64,000 bases of DNA, from assembly GCA_965112735.1 (NCBI GenBank), contig OZ218964.1:1860001-1924000 (forward strand), in the 5' to 3' direction. Position numbers and translations under genes: made by a program. Source of the stretch: Phaeosaccion multiseriatum (Eukaryota > Protista > Ochrophyta, other classes). Under the pieces are notes generated by a model. The model saw only the letters and a program-made list of their open reading frames with translations, made no database searches and was not told where the DNA came from. Below, in pieces: positions 1-11,851 of this stretch (its first letter is position 1; every line of letters begins with the position of its first letter).

Positions 1-1117
1 TGCGGTAGGTGTAAAGGTTGGCCAAGGCTGAATCGAGGGCAGGCCTCTCCTCTGGAAGTTGACAAGCCCCGAGTATGACCGTCTTCTCCACGCCAGTTTC
101 TGGGTCAGTTTCAGCCCATGAGTTTGCGAAATGGTACAAGCTGGTGTACGGAATGGCAATGGTAGCCACTCTCTCCAGCGTATCCCTGGAGAAGAAGTGA
201 ACGTCGGTGTTTTTCTCCGTCTCCTGGTTGAACAAGGCGGAGACAAAAGTGTCCAGCCCCAGCACCGCCTTGAGTCCTGCAAGCGGCCGGGGGTTGAAGG
301 TTGGGAACAGACAGAAGTATTGCTCTGTCGCCGCCATGTCATGCGCCTGATGCCCCGATGCGTCCCTCTCGTAGTTGCTGGTCACGAGATTATCAATTCG
401 CTCTCCGTCCTTGCTCTCGTAGAGGGAGACACCCGTGCCGATACCACCAAAAGAGACGAAGCCATCACCCTTAGATTGAACAAAAGGATGGGCTGAGAAA
501 GAGACTCCCTTCGGAAGAGTACCGTGAAAGTCAAATAAACCCTTGCTCTCCAGAGAGACGGGGTCAAGCTCGTAAGGAGCAGAGCCCTCGTAGAGAGCTA
601 GAAGGCGTTTGCCAATCATATGCACGCCGGTATTGGCCAGCGGAGAGGGAAGTTTGAAGATGTTTGACAACACACCGCCCTTCCGATTGCTGCCCAATCG
701 TCTGACCGCAAAGAGAGAGCCCGTCTCCTCCCCTTGGCAAAACGCCTCCGTTCGGACGAATGCATTGGAACACATGACTTTTCCGCTTTCGGAAATGACC
801 GCCTTTGAAACCATTCCGTCACCGTCAAACCAATGCGCTGTGATCTCCTTGCCCAGCCGTATCCTCCCAGGTCCCACCCTGCCAGCCATCAAGGGAGGGG
901 ACGTGAGGGGGGGCGTTAGCCTCCAGGGAGCGTTAGCATCCAGGGAGGAGCAGAGGAGGGGCAAATCAGCAAGGAAGCGGGAGCACAAGAACAACAGATA
1001 CATCAACGGGTAGAGGGATAGCACAGACAGCGCCCAGCAGACTGTACCTAAGTAATGTACCGGTGAGTCCTTTGGGCACTTTGCCCTCCACGGCCACCTC
1101 TCGCAGGGCATGCTCTT
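1..1117 (-). CDS. Carotenoid oxygenase / carotenoid cleavage dioxygenase (RPE65 family); 3' end lies beyond the window edge, 5' exon(s) probably extend to ~1470-1600
   Basis: Manual minus-strand translation (no stop before position 1, so absent from the ORF track). Exon ~1117-1048 (EGKVPKGLTGTLLR), GT-AG intron 1047-879, then VGPGRIRLGKEITAHWFDGDGMV...ANTGV...LALYEGSAPYELDPVSL...FSAHP...AHDMAATEQY...YHFANSW. These are the HxFDGDG, SAHP, HD and H-AN motifs of the family. Confidence 0.9.
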
Positions 1118-1687
1118 TCGTGTGAGACGAGGGTGTGCATGTGTGCGTGTGTGGAAGAAGTAATGGGTATGTGTGTTGGAACAAGAGAGAGGGAAGCGAG
1201 TATGGGGGCAGGCGTCAACTTTGGAGGGGGGACTTGGGGGTGTTCTTCCACACAAGTGCACACCTTCTGCGGCCTCGAGTCCCCCCCGAAAGGGCTCCTC
1301 TCTGATCCTGCTTAAAAACGGCTCAGGCGGCCACTGCTTTCCTTTCGCCTCTCCCACCCCCCAATAGGACTTCCCTCCTGCAACTGCGCTTGAGCTCATC
1401 CGCATCCCCCCCGGTGCATTGAAGGCCTTGGCTGTAGCGAGAAGACTGCAGCAGTAGCCCGCGAAGGCGCATACCCGCACCAGCGTCCGCATTGCCAAGC
1501 TTTCTGGGGATCTCTCTGAATGAGGAGAGGAGAGCGACAAAATTGCAAAAGTAAAATGATAAGTCAGGGAAAGCCCGAGCCCAGGCAATCCGAGGCAGTT
1601 GGGATAACAAGGAGGAAAGCGAAAAAAAAACAGGGGAGGGAGGGAAAGGAAGGTCGGTATCTTCTTCTCGTAAGAGGCGTCAGCACT

Positions 1688-3122
1688 ATGGGAGGGGGGG
1701 GGGGGGCGCTCGCCCCTCCTGCGGCTGCTCACTCACTCTCGGAGCAAGTCGCAGCGGCGCTCTTCTACGGCCTCTCCTCTCTGCTCGTCATTTTCGTCAA
1801 TAAGGTACACCCACCGCCTGGTGGTGTAGACTATGCTATTTGAGCGTGGCGGAACTTGGCGGAGACATCACGCTTGTTCTACTTCTTCCACAGATCGTGC
1901 TCACAACCTATGGCTTCCCCAGCTTCTTCTTCTTGGCGCTGTGCCAGTTCGTAACAACGACGTTCACCATATACGTGAGTCCCTGTCTTGATTCCTTTGC
2001 CCCTCCATTTGGAGGAGGCCCTTGCCTCGAAACCAACCCCTTGTGGCCGCTGTTGTGCTTGTCTGCCAGGCATGTCGATTGCTGGGCTTCTTGGAGTTAG
2101 CGCCGATGACGCGGGCCACGATACTGCGCGTCCTGCCCCTTACGGGTCTCTTTCTTCTGAACGTGTGCTGCGGCTTGGGAGGGACACAGCGGATCAACTT
2201 GCCGATGTTCACTTGCCTCAGAAGGTTCTCTATTCTATTCACCATGCTTCTCGAGCAGCTTATGCTCTCGACTAGAGCCAGCAAGACCGTAAAGGCCTCT
2301 GTCGGCCTCATGCTGGGCGGGGCACTAATCGCAGCCACCAATGACTTGGCCTTCAACTTGAAGGGCTACTTTTGGATCATGGGGAACAATGTAAGAGCGA
2401 GTGTGTCTCTTGTATACAACAACAGTCCACCTCATTGTAAATTTATACTTCTAATACCTTTGGTACAGGTCTTCACATCGCTTTACGGTGTCGTCTTGAA
2501 GAAGACAACGGACGCCCGGGCCATGTCTACTATGAGTCTAGCGTTCTACAATAGGTGTGTTCGTGTGCGTGCATGCGTGTCGTGTGGGGCCTGAAGGGCC
2601 TCAATCAAGTTGGCACAACACGCACCACAACGTCCGTCTTAACTCTTCTTCTTTCCCCCCCTACCCACACCCCGTCTCGGGAAAACAGCTTGTTCGGCGG
2701 AATTGCCATGCTCTGCATCCTCAGACCCTCTGGGCTGAGCGACGTGGCAGAGTTGGAGATGTGGGCCGATAAGGCCTTCTGCATGACCTTCTTCGTCGCC
2801 TGCATCTTGGGGAGCCTTGTGGGCTTATCAATACAAATATGTACAAAAGTCAACTCCGCCTTGACAACCACGGTGATTGGCACCTTAAAGAACGGTGCGT
2901 TGTCTGTTGTTTGCACTTCTGAGGCTCGAAAAGACCCTCTGAATCATCCCCTCTGCTGCGTACCCTCTCTCCCCCCTTGCAGTCTTTACGGCCTACCTCG
3001 GCATGGTAGTCGGAGGCGGCTACATCTTCTCGTGGGAGAACTTCCTGGGCCTGAACGTGAGCATGGGAGGAAGCTTCCTCTACTCCTACGCCAAGTACAA
3101 GGAGAGGAAGGTGCAGGCCTAG
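1688..3122 (+). CDS. Nucleotide-sugar transporter, SLC35D-like (TPT/DMT superfamily), multi-exon
   Basis: AALFYGLSSLLVIFVNK|IVLTTYGFPS...GTQRINLPMFTCLRRFSILFTMLLE...CTKVNSALTTTVIGTLKN|VFTAYLGM...NFLGLNVSMGGSFLYSY; stop TAG at 3120-3122; GT-AG introns. Confidence 0.88.
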
Positions 3123-3484
3123 AACGGCAGTTCGGTTGTTTGTGGTACTTCCAACCAGCCCCCGTGTGGTCGGTCAAGTCGCCACTCTCTTCGCCCCAGA
3201 CTAGTCTCCACCGAGAATACAATAGACATCAAAAATAGACGTCAGTTCCATTCCGCTCCTTGACACGCAGATAGCCCCAAAATTGCACCTTCTTTGGCCC
3301 AGTCAATCAAAAAGCGTCTCCTGCAGCGGAGTGCTCTGCATAGGCCTCCGACAGCGGACAGCTCGTATCACGTCTTGTGGCGGGTGCCTCAAGCCATCTT
3401 CTTTAGCCCATTCAAAGCGTCTGTCTCAAGCAGTGGAGTGCTCTGCATCAGGCCTGCGCAGGGGAGAGCAGCCCGTATCAGGCC

Positions 3485-3802
3485 TCAGGTCATGTTCCTC
3501 TCGCCCCCCTCTGCAGGCAGCGGCTCGTCCCCTTTGACGCGCGTGTAGTGCACAGACCGAAACAGCCTCCGGTGGCGTCGCACTACTAAAGCCAGTAGTA
3601 GTGCCACGCTTATCCCAACCAAGAGAATCGGCTGCCTCTTCTCTGCATCAACATCTGCCCTCCCGAGTTCCATGGGGAGGGAAGAGGCTGAGGGCGACGG
3701 AATGCTGGCAAGCGCAAAGAGCATCGCCAAGAAAACATAAGCGGCCCACAAACCCCACACCTTGGCCGCTCCGCCGTCTATCCCCCTTCCCCCAAGACGC
3801 AT
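3485..3802 (-). CDS. Putative small membrane protein (two hydrophobic segments), unknown function
   Basis: 105-aa ATG ORF with two hydrophobic stretches (LWAAYVFLAMLFALA; ILLVGISVALLLALVV, the second followed by basic RRHRR); divergent from DRC1. Confidence 0.4.
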   Translation of the reverse strand: MRLGGRGIDGGAAKVWGLWAAYVFLAMLFALASIPSPSASSLPMELGRADVDAEKRQPILLVGISVALLLALVVRRHRRLFRSVHYTRVKGDEPLPAEGGERNMT

Positions 3803-3953
3803 TTCTTCATGAGAAAGGAGAGACTAAAGGGTGTTGAGGAGAAGAAGATTATCCAAAGGAATTCTATTAAGTCAACAACAGTTACATTTAAGACCAAAAA
3901 GGAAAGAGAGAGGAGAGCGAGGGCGGCGGAGCCGTCAGTGGCCTGCGCATACA

Positions 3954-6906
3954 ATGGCACGGGGCAAGGATGAAGGAGGGGTGGCAGCAGGAGGCGGGGC
4001 GCTGTCCACTGACCTTTTCGACAAGGAAGACAGAAAGTCCATGCGCAGAGGGAGGGTGGATAGGGTTGCGGCCTCTCAGAACGAGGATGGCGACCAGCAG
4101 CAGCTGGAGCGTGACAAGCAAGTGGTGGGCAAGAGTGAGCAGCAGGTTGCAGACTCGTTGTCTCATCTGGACAAGAAGAAGGCGCGCGGGATCGACGCTG
4201 TCACAGCAGTGCGAGTGGCATCCGATGACAGGGAGACACAGCGACGGATGGCCGAAGAGGAAGCGCGGCAGGAGAGGCTTCAGCGCTTGCAGGAAGAAGC
4301 TGTTCGGAGCGGAAAGCGCAATGCAGCTGTGGAGATGCGATGGTCCGAGCTGCTGGACCAAAACATGCCCCAGGAGCTGTATAGAGACATTGAGACGCAG
4401 AAGAACGCTTGCGCAGACATTATCGCGAGCAAGGACGCCCTCATTAGTGACTTTAGCCTGCAGCTCAAGACCAAGGACGAAGAGTACGTGAAGGAGCTCA
4501 AACAGCAGGCCGACGGCATCGAGGAGCTCCTCTTTCGAATGAGAAACGAGTTCAAGGAGCTGCATGAGGAGTACGAGTCAGAGCTTGATGCAATCGAGGA
4601 TGTCTTCATCCAAGTGAGTAAGAAAGAAAGCGAGCAACAAGTGTGTGCTCCACTCTCCCCCCCCCCCCAGCCACCAACGCAACTCTATGTTCTGCGGTCA
4701 GGAGCGCGAGGTGCTGCTCCACACCAATAAGATGGCAGTGGACGCCCTGTTTGAGCAGCGGAGAGAAATGGAGCTGACGTACATGGAGAAGAAAACGGCC
4801 ACACAAGAGCGGTACCAGCAGGAGATGGAGGACCTTCTCACCCAGGATAGCGAAGAGTACAACAAGCTCAAGGTGAGTGGACTGGTTTGGAGGGCGCCTG
4901 CCTCTCTCCAGATGGGCAGGAGAGGGTAGAGGCTTTAGACTGTCACTGGTGGGGCTGGCTGCCCCCCCCCCCCCTCGACGTGTGTGTGCGTGCGTGTTCA
5001 AAAGAGCCCGAAACCTAACGCCCTTGAGTGGTGCGCAGGTGAAGCTCGAAACCGACATTCAGACTCTGGAGCAGCAGCTCGAGGAGATGAGGGCCACGTA
5101 TCAGCTCAATACAGAGAAGCTAGAGTACAACTACAGGTGAGCGAGTCTGTGTGCGTGCGTGTTGTGGACCCTGTGAGGTGAGCCTCTTTAACTCATCGTG
5201 TGCGCTCCAAATCTCCAAAGAGTGCTGACGGAGAGAGACATGGAGAATAGTGCAACGATGGCGCATCAGAGGCGGAAGCTGACCAAATTGAAGGACAGCC
5301 TCAGTGCCCTGGTGCAAAGATACCAGGAGACTGATGTCCGAGACAGGAAACGAAACGACGAGGTGAGTCAAACAGTTTTCCTTCGCCCAAGTCATTTCCC
5401 ACAACCCCCCCCGTAAGCCACAAACGGAATGGCCTGCCCCTAACAGTTGACCGAGGAGTACCGCCGCATCACGAAGCAATATAAAGACCTCCAGGCCAAG
5501 TTCAGACACTTTGAAGTGGCAGACAATCAAACCTACGAGCAGGTGTGGGCCATGCACCAAGAGGAGGTGATGGAAGCAATCGCCAGGGTGCTCAAGGCCG
5601 ACAAGCTCATCCACGAGCAGCATCTCGAGTGGTGAGAATGAATAGCAAGCGCTCCTCCCTCTTCTTGTGCTTGTCACCCCCTCACCCCCCCCCCCCCCCC
5701 TTACACGTCATGGCGGCGGTGCTCCTGCTCGCAAACACAACAGGAACTGGCGATCTCCCAACATGGATGCTCTCGCCAACCTCGATGCCACCTTACGAGC
5801 GCAAGCCCTGCCCGGCCAACTGCAGGCCTCAGACGCGGCGGCCATGGCTGCAGCCTCGAGCAAGCTCGGAGAAGAAGGGATGGACGGGTTAGGGGAGATG
5901 CAGCCAGAAAAGAGGACCGTCTCGGGGGCTCGAGTGCGAGCAGTTCTACGCTTAATCGCGGGAGAGGCGGGCTTCCTTGTGGATCAGAACTTGGAGGAAG
6001 CGCTCAAGGCGCTGACGCCAGACGAGGCCGAGTACGCTGCGGCGGAGAGCTCGCTCAAGGCCCTCGGAGTGGAGAACGAGGAGGATCTGGAGACGCTCAT
6101 GGGGTACTTCTTTTCTCCGGAGGTGCGTGCCCCTGGGAGGCGAGAGAATGAGTGTCCCCATCACTCTCTCTCTCTCGTGCGTGTGCGTGTTTGTGTGTGT
6201 GTGTACGCGTCTGTGCTTCCTCTAGTTTATGTCTGTCTGTCTGTGAGTGTCTCTCTCGGTCCCTATCTCGGGGTCTCTATCCCTCTCTCCCTCTCTCGGT
6301 CTCTCTCTCTCCCCTCTTTCTCTATTCCTCTCTCTCTCTCTGACCTTGTAGTCCTCTTGCTCTTTCCTTGAACAGGACCCCGACGTGGACTACGAGGAAG
6401 TCCCCGCCAAGGCGGACTTTAGCGCCCTCGGTCTCGACCCCGACCGCGAGCCAGAGGCCCTCAAGGTCCTCATGACCATCATCCAGCCCGACGATGTGGT
6501 GAGGGCCATTCACAGTTTCGTGGAGGATCGCAAGGAGGCACGACTTTTGGACCAGGCGCGCTCCAAGAATCTCACGCTGGATGAGCCGTCGGGCAGGGGC
6601 AATGCGAACAAGACACGCGAGAAGGTGATTCGGGCTCGAGAGAAGGAGTACTGGACCAAGCTGAGCTCCGTCCTCTCTGAGCAAGGGCACGATGTGCTCG
6701 GGCAGTTGGAGGTGACGATGAAACGGTACAATAGCATGCTGGCGGAGCGGAGTCGGAGGATCGAGGTGGTGGAGGGGCTGCAAGGGGAAAATGCCCACCT
6801 CAAGAGTCTGTTGAGGCAGTACCTGGGGTCCGCCGTTAACGAGGATCTCATTGTGCCCCCCAGCGACACCATTATGGTCACCACTGCTACAGCAGGAGGG
6901 GCGTAG
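3954..6906 (+). CDS. DRC1: Dynein regulatory complex subunit 1 (CCDC164), multi-exon
   Basis: Coiled-coil protein with RW...PQEL...KDALI...[61 protein letters not shown] and C-terminal ENAHLKSLLRQYLGSAVNEDLIVPP. Confidence 0.88.
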
Positions 6907-7189
6907 GAAGCAAGAGGTCAGTCCCTGGTCCGGGGGTGGGGCGATACATCGACCTCGATATTTGCCCTCCATGCGGGCGGCCAGTAGGGACGGGGTGGGT
7001 CCGTGGTCGTGGGAGTGGGGCGGCGGGGTTGAGGCCTAGGTTGGTTGGAGTCGTATCTCGTTGAATAGCAATGGCCCCTCACGCCTCCCGGGCCATTTGT
7101 TGTACATCCCGAGAGTCCGAGGGTATATGTGTATTGCTTAGTTCACCGCAGCAGTGCCCTCCCTTTATGTACAAAAAGCTGCGGCTAAG

Positions 7190-10100
7190 TTATTCACAAT
7201 CGCTGTCAAAGCCGGTCCCTTCTTCTTCTTGGTGGCTCTCGTCCTCAGCAGCAGCTGCAGCAGAGCCAAACGGCTGTTCCGTTCCATCCCTCTTTGAGCC
7301 CTGACGAAGCTCCTTCTCTGTGTCAAACAAGCCCATCCCCCCCTGCTCCTCCCAGCAGCCTCCCCCCTCCTGGGCGTCCTCGTCTCTCCCCTTGGTGCGT
7401 CTCTGCCTGACGAGGCCACTGCTCTTCACGTCCTCTTGCTCTGACCACTTGTGGGACTGCACCGCAAGGCGAGGCACGCTCACCACCCCACGAAGCTCTG
7501 TATCTTGCAGCAGAGTGGCCATGTGTATGTCCACCGGAGCGCTGATGGGCAGGTGGCTGATAAGCTGCTCCGCGCCTTTCCGGGTGAGCAAGTAGGCGTG
7601 CAGCTGCCAGGTCCACTTGACAGTGTTGAGTGCCGGACGGGCAAAGTACTCGGCTCGGTACATCTTGGCCTGTGGAGAGAAGAGAAGAGAAGAGAAGAGG
7701 CGCGGTATTTCTTGAAAAACAAGCAAGAGTAGAGTACGCCCACAGCTTCAATGATTGATTGCACGTACCTTCGCCCTGTCATTGGCTTTCTTCTTAAAGC
7801 CGGGCCTGCTATGGCCGTGGTCAGGCAACGCGTAGCCCAAAAAGCACACGTCCCAGTCCGACGTGCCACCGCCACCCTTACCACCCTCGGTTGGGCTGAG
7901 GAGCTGCGTGACTTGCCTCACAAAGCCCGGCTCCAACACTGCGTCGTCCTCCAGCACGAGCACGGTATCGGCCGCGAGAGAGGGCATGAACGGGGCGAGT
8001 CTCTTCTGGGCGTGACTCCTCCACACAGACAGGTGACTGGCTGCACACGCCCTCTCGCTGGGGTCCATCCTCGCCAGGATGTCAGGGATGCAGAAACGGT
8101 CGTAACGGCTGTTGGCAGCGGTATGCCATGTCTGCAGTTGTGTGTGTCATGGGCAGGAGTCGTCGGTCGGTCGATTGGGGGTTTACTAGTGCCTCGAGAC
8201 TGACCTTTCCAGCACAACAGACACATACACACACACACGTGACTTACCTCCTGCACATCAGAGAGCGGGACCTTGTCAACTCCGCTAGCAAGTTCTTGCC
8301 CATCAACGGCACGGACTAAGTTCAGCCTCACGCCCTGCCGTACGCCTCGCGCCAGGGCCGGCCCCAACCTGTTGGGTGCCGTGAGGGAGGAGAGAGAGGA
8401 GGGAGGAGGGAGGAGAAAGAAAGAAGGACTGAGTGAGTGATATCAGCCTCGCCTCGTTTGTGGTGCAACAAGTCAGCGCTTCCCCACCTGTCGTGCGCCC
8501 TTCTCTTGAGAGAGATGACATGCGCTTGAGGGCGTTGGTGGATGTGAATCACTTTCCGCAGCAAGGCCGCTGCTGTCACACCAGGGGGCTCGTCAACGTC
8601 TCTGCCACTGTACAAGCCCGCGATCCGATGGATAGTCTGATCTTGGGCATCCCCCGCCACCTCTGCCATCTCGCATAAGGCCAGGCCTGCTTGCGCTCGG
8701 CAGTACTCGTCCCCCTCCTGCAACTCCCGAGGGGGGGCGGACTCTGTCTCCTCCGACTCGCCCGAGCTCAAGCTCAAGCCGGCCGCCGACTTCAGCGCAC
8801 TGAGGTACTTGTCAGCCCCCGGTTCTTTACGCTCGTGCGAAGTAGCTATGAGTGAGGCAGTGACGTGATACAACAGCCCTTGCAGAGCTGGGCATGCGCG
8901 GCGCGTCATGCTGCTGCTGGTGTCCTCGCCACCGCCACCACCGCCACCGCACGACGAGAAGGGGAGTGACGACAGCCATTTGGAGGGAGTGGCTTTGCTC
9001 CCTCCGCACCTCAGGAGCATCATCATCGAACTTCGGATCTCTTCTGCGATCGCTGCACCCTCAGTCCTACTCACGTCCTCGCTGCTGCTGCCCTCGCACA
9101 GCGGACAGGGAGGTGCCGTACGACCCAAGGGGTCATGGCACTGTGCCACAAGCCCCAGTAATGTCTCCACGAGCTGCGCTGTCGACTCGGGATCCTCCCC
9201 CTCCTCCTTGGCTGGCAGGGCAGGGAGGCGGCATAGGCTCTGCAGTCGCTCCAGCATGGGTTCCTCTGTCTGACGGATGGACTCCTCCGACGGGAGGACC
9301 CCAGCCACGAGAGCTTTCCACGTCAACAGAGTGCCCACACCCCTACACAATGACACGCGCTACACATGGTGCAGGGCACAGGGCAAGCTGTTAGGAGAGC
9401 GAGTCAATCTGCGTAGGGGATAGGGAATAGGGACTCACTCTTTGCCCTACCCAAGATATCAGCAGCGAGCCGAAGCAGTAGGAGCACGGACGTACCTGTG
9501 TCTCTGCGTGTAAGAGCTGCGGCCACGCCTCCACCAGTGCCACCACGAAAGTGGTGTGTACTCTCGGGGAAGCGCTGGGCAACGACAAGGACCCGCCCGA
9601 CACAATGTCCCGTAAGAGCCGCCTGCCTCGATCGAGTCCGTCGGGCGCCACCGCGAGTAGCGCCCCGAGCAGGGTACAAAGCAGCCAGCCGTGCTGCGAA
9701 ACGAGACGCAAACGACAAGTAGAGGTCACTCATCACCAACACCACTACAAAGTACAAACGAGCAAACAGAAAAGAGCTCCCACGCACCTTGGTGGACTTT
9801 GATGCCTTGTCCCACCAGGGGCAGTGGGAGCGTCCTTCTTCCTCGGCCCCCTTCTCTTTGGCACAGACTGCCTTCATCTCTTCGTCCCCATCCTTCTCGT
9901 CTTCCTCCCTATGCTCCTTCTCCTCCCCCAGTTCTTGTTTCTTGTCTTTCTTGTCCCCCTCCTCCTCCTCCTCCTCCTCCTCCTCCTCCTCCCCGTTCAC
10001 CACTTCATCCAACAGTTGGTCCAGCCCCTCATCGTCAGATTCTTCTGCACATTCCAAGCCGTCTTTCCCCGTAGTCGCGCTTTGTCCATTATGCCCGGAA

Positions 10101-11444
10101 GAAGATGTGGCTGCTGTAGCCTCTTCTTCATTCTCGCTATCATCGTCGCTGCTGGTCAGTTCGTCGTCAATATCGGCTCTCGCCGACGCCATCGCGTCTA
10201 CAATACTTCCCACACCATCATAAGCTCCCCCAGGCCGTGTTGCCGCTGCTGCTGCTGCTGCTGCTGTTGCTGCTGCTACTTCTCCTTCTTTTTCTTCTCC
10301 TTCCTCTGCTGCCGCTGTAACTGATTCAGTAGGGACGTCGACCTTCGGGTGCTTTTGCCCCCCCCGCATGTGCATGAAATGGCCACAGTCCTTGAAGCTC
10401 ATGCAGAAAGCCAAGTCACCTTTGAGCGCTTCCAGCACTCCATCCACGTAGTTGCAGTCGCAGGACAGGGAGGTTACGCCGAGGAGGAGATTCACCAAGC
10501 CCTGCATATCTTCCATGACTTTCTGCATACGGGGCGCTTTGGAGAGGTCGAATTGTTGCTGACTCCATGCCTGAGTCAGGGAGGGGCGGGTGGCAAAGAA
10601 GCCCTCAGAAAAGAAGCTCCAGACGGCGGGCTACGCACATCGCTGTGAAGATCACTCACCTTGAGCCTCTCCCTGCAATGGGCAATGAGCGCTGGCAATA
10701 GCTCAGATGCTTCAAAAGCCCTTGCGTCCTGTCTGTCCACGAGCACAGCCGCCGCCTCTTCAGGCTGTAAGCCTCGCAATCGCTTGTAGCCTTGTGCAAA
10801 GCTTGCTTGGTCAGTGAAGGTGCAACCTTTAACACCTGGCGAACGAGACAGGAGGGGGAGGAAGCGTCAAGGAAACGTCTTTCAAGAAATTGTGCCCTCA
10901 GCAACACATCAACAACCCACCCACCGTTATGTCTGTCGTAAATGGAGTCTGCTGCTGAAGGCCGCCAATTCTGATTCATGCTCGGCTCCCGAGGCGACAC
11001 ATCTTGCTCAGACTCCACCGCCGCTTTGACACGCTTTGATGCGGCTGGAGAGGGAGGTGGTCGGCTAGGTGGGGGAGGGGGTTCCTCAGTCTCCTCGTCA
11101 CTTGCCACCACGCGCTTCCTCTTCCTTTGCACCACCTCCTTGCGGCCATCAGCGTGTCCATTCTCGACACCAGAGGCATACTCGTCCGCAGCCCTGCTCT
11201 CTCTCCCGACCGAGCCGACGTCACCATTGTCGTCGCTACCAGTGGCTCCCCACCTCCATTCTCTTTCCTCTTCCCCTCCCACCGAGTCCCGGGCTGCCTC
11301 CAACTCCTTCACGCGCTTCCGGAGGTCTCTGTTTGCCTTTTCCAGGCGGGAAATCTCATCCTTGGCGCCCCTGCCCCACGCATTGAACCTTTTAACAGCC
11401 TCTCGGAACTTCGGGCACTTGGGACAGGGCTTGTCTTTCACCAT
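7190..11444 (-). CDS. Large multi-exon protein: N-terminal coiled coil, acidic linker and helical region, with a C-terminal glycosyltransferase family 25 domain (~7190-8530); could be two genes
   Basis: GT25 motifs: VISLKRR.DR, RAVDG, SERACAASHLSVW, VLVLEDDA, DWDVCFLGY, HAYLLTRKGAEQL, PVD. Upstream ORFs 8328-9356, 9391-9729, 9404-10528 and 10656-11507 can be joined by phase-compatible GT-AG introns from the ATG at 11444. Confidence 0.6.
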
Positions 11445-11701
11445 GAAGACCAGGGTTTTGTTTCTTTTATAATAAAATGGAGTGCGGACGACGAAGGCTA
11501 TCGCCAACTATCGCCAATTGTGAACCGGGATTCGAGGTCTTTCGGGGAACAACTTAGCCTCGGCTCCAGACTGGCCTAGAAGCCTATGCTCTAGGCCCTA
11601 GGCCGAGCGGCCTACGCCCACTCTAGGCCTAGGCCGGCGGCCGTTGGCCGCTTTAGGCCGGCCATTTTTTCTCCCTAGGCCGGCGGTTCTAGGCCTAGGC
11701 C

Positions 11702-11851
11702 TCGACCTATCTGATTAGTAATTACGGCCGGCGCAGCCGGCCTGATTACTGATTATGACCGGCGCCAGCCGGCCTGAGTACTGATTATGCGCCAGCCGGG
11801 GGCTGATTACTGATTACGGCCGGCGCACACCGTAATCTTGTCCAGGGTCGA
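11702..11851 (+). mobile_element. Small TIR element 'B1' (left TIR partly deleted)
   Basis: Starts TCGACC and ends CGGCGCACACCGTAATCTTGTCCAGGGTCGA; internal tandem (CAGCCGGC)CTGATTACTGATTA-like repeats; homologous to 13057-13124 and to the reverse complement of 34265-34402. Confidence 0.8.

Noticed and set aside
11710-11825. CRISPR-like array (CTGATTACTGATTA repeats)
   Set aside because: Eukaryotic context; the spacers are short and similar to one another; no cas genes; better explained as TE subterminal repeats.
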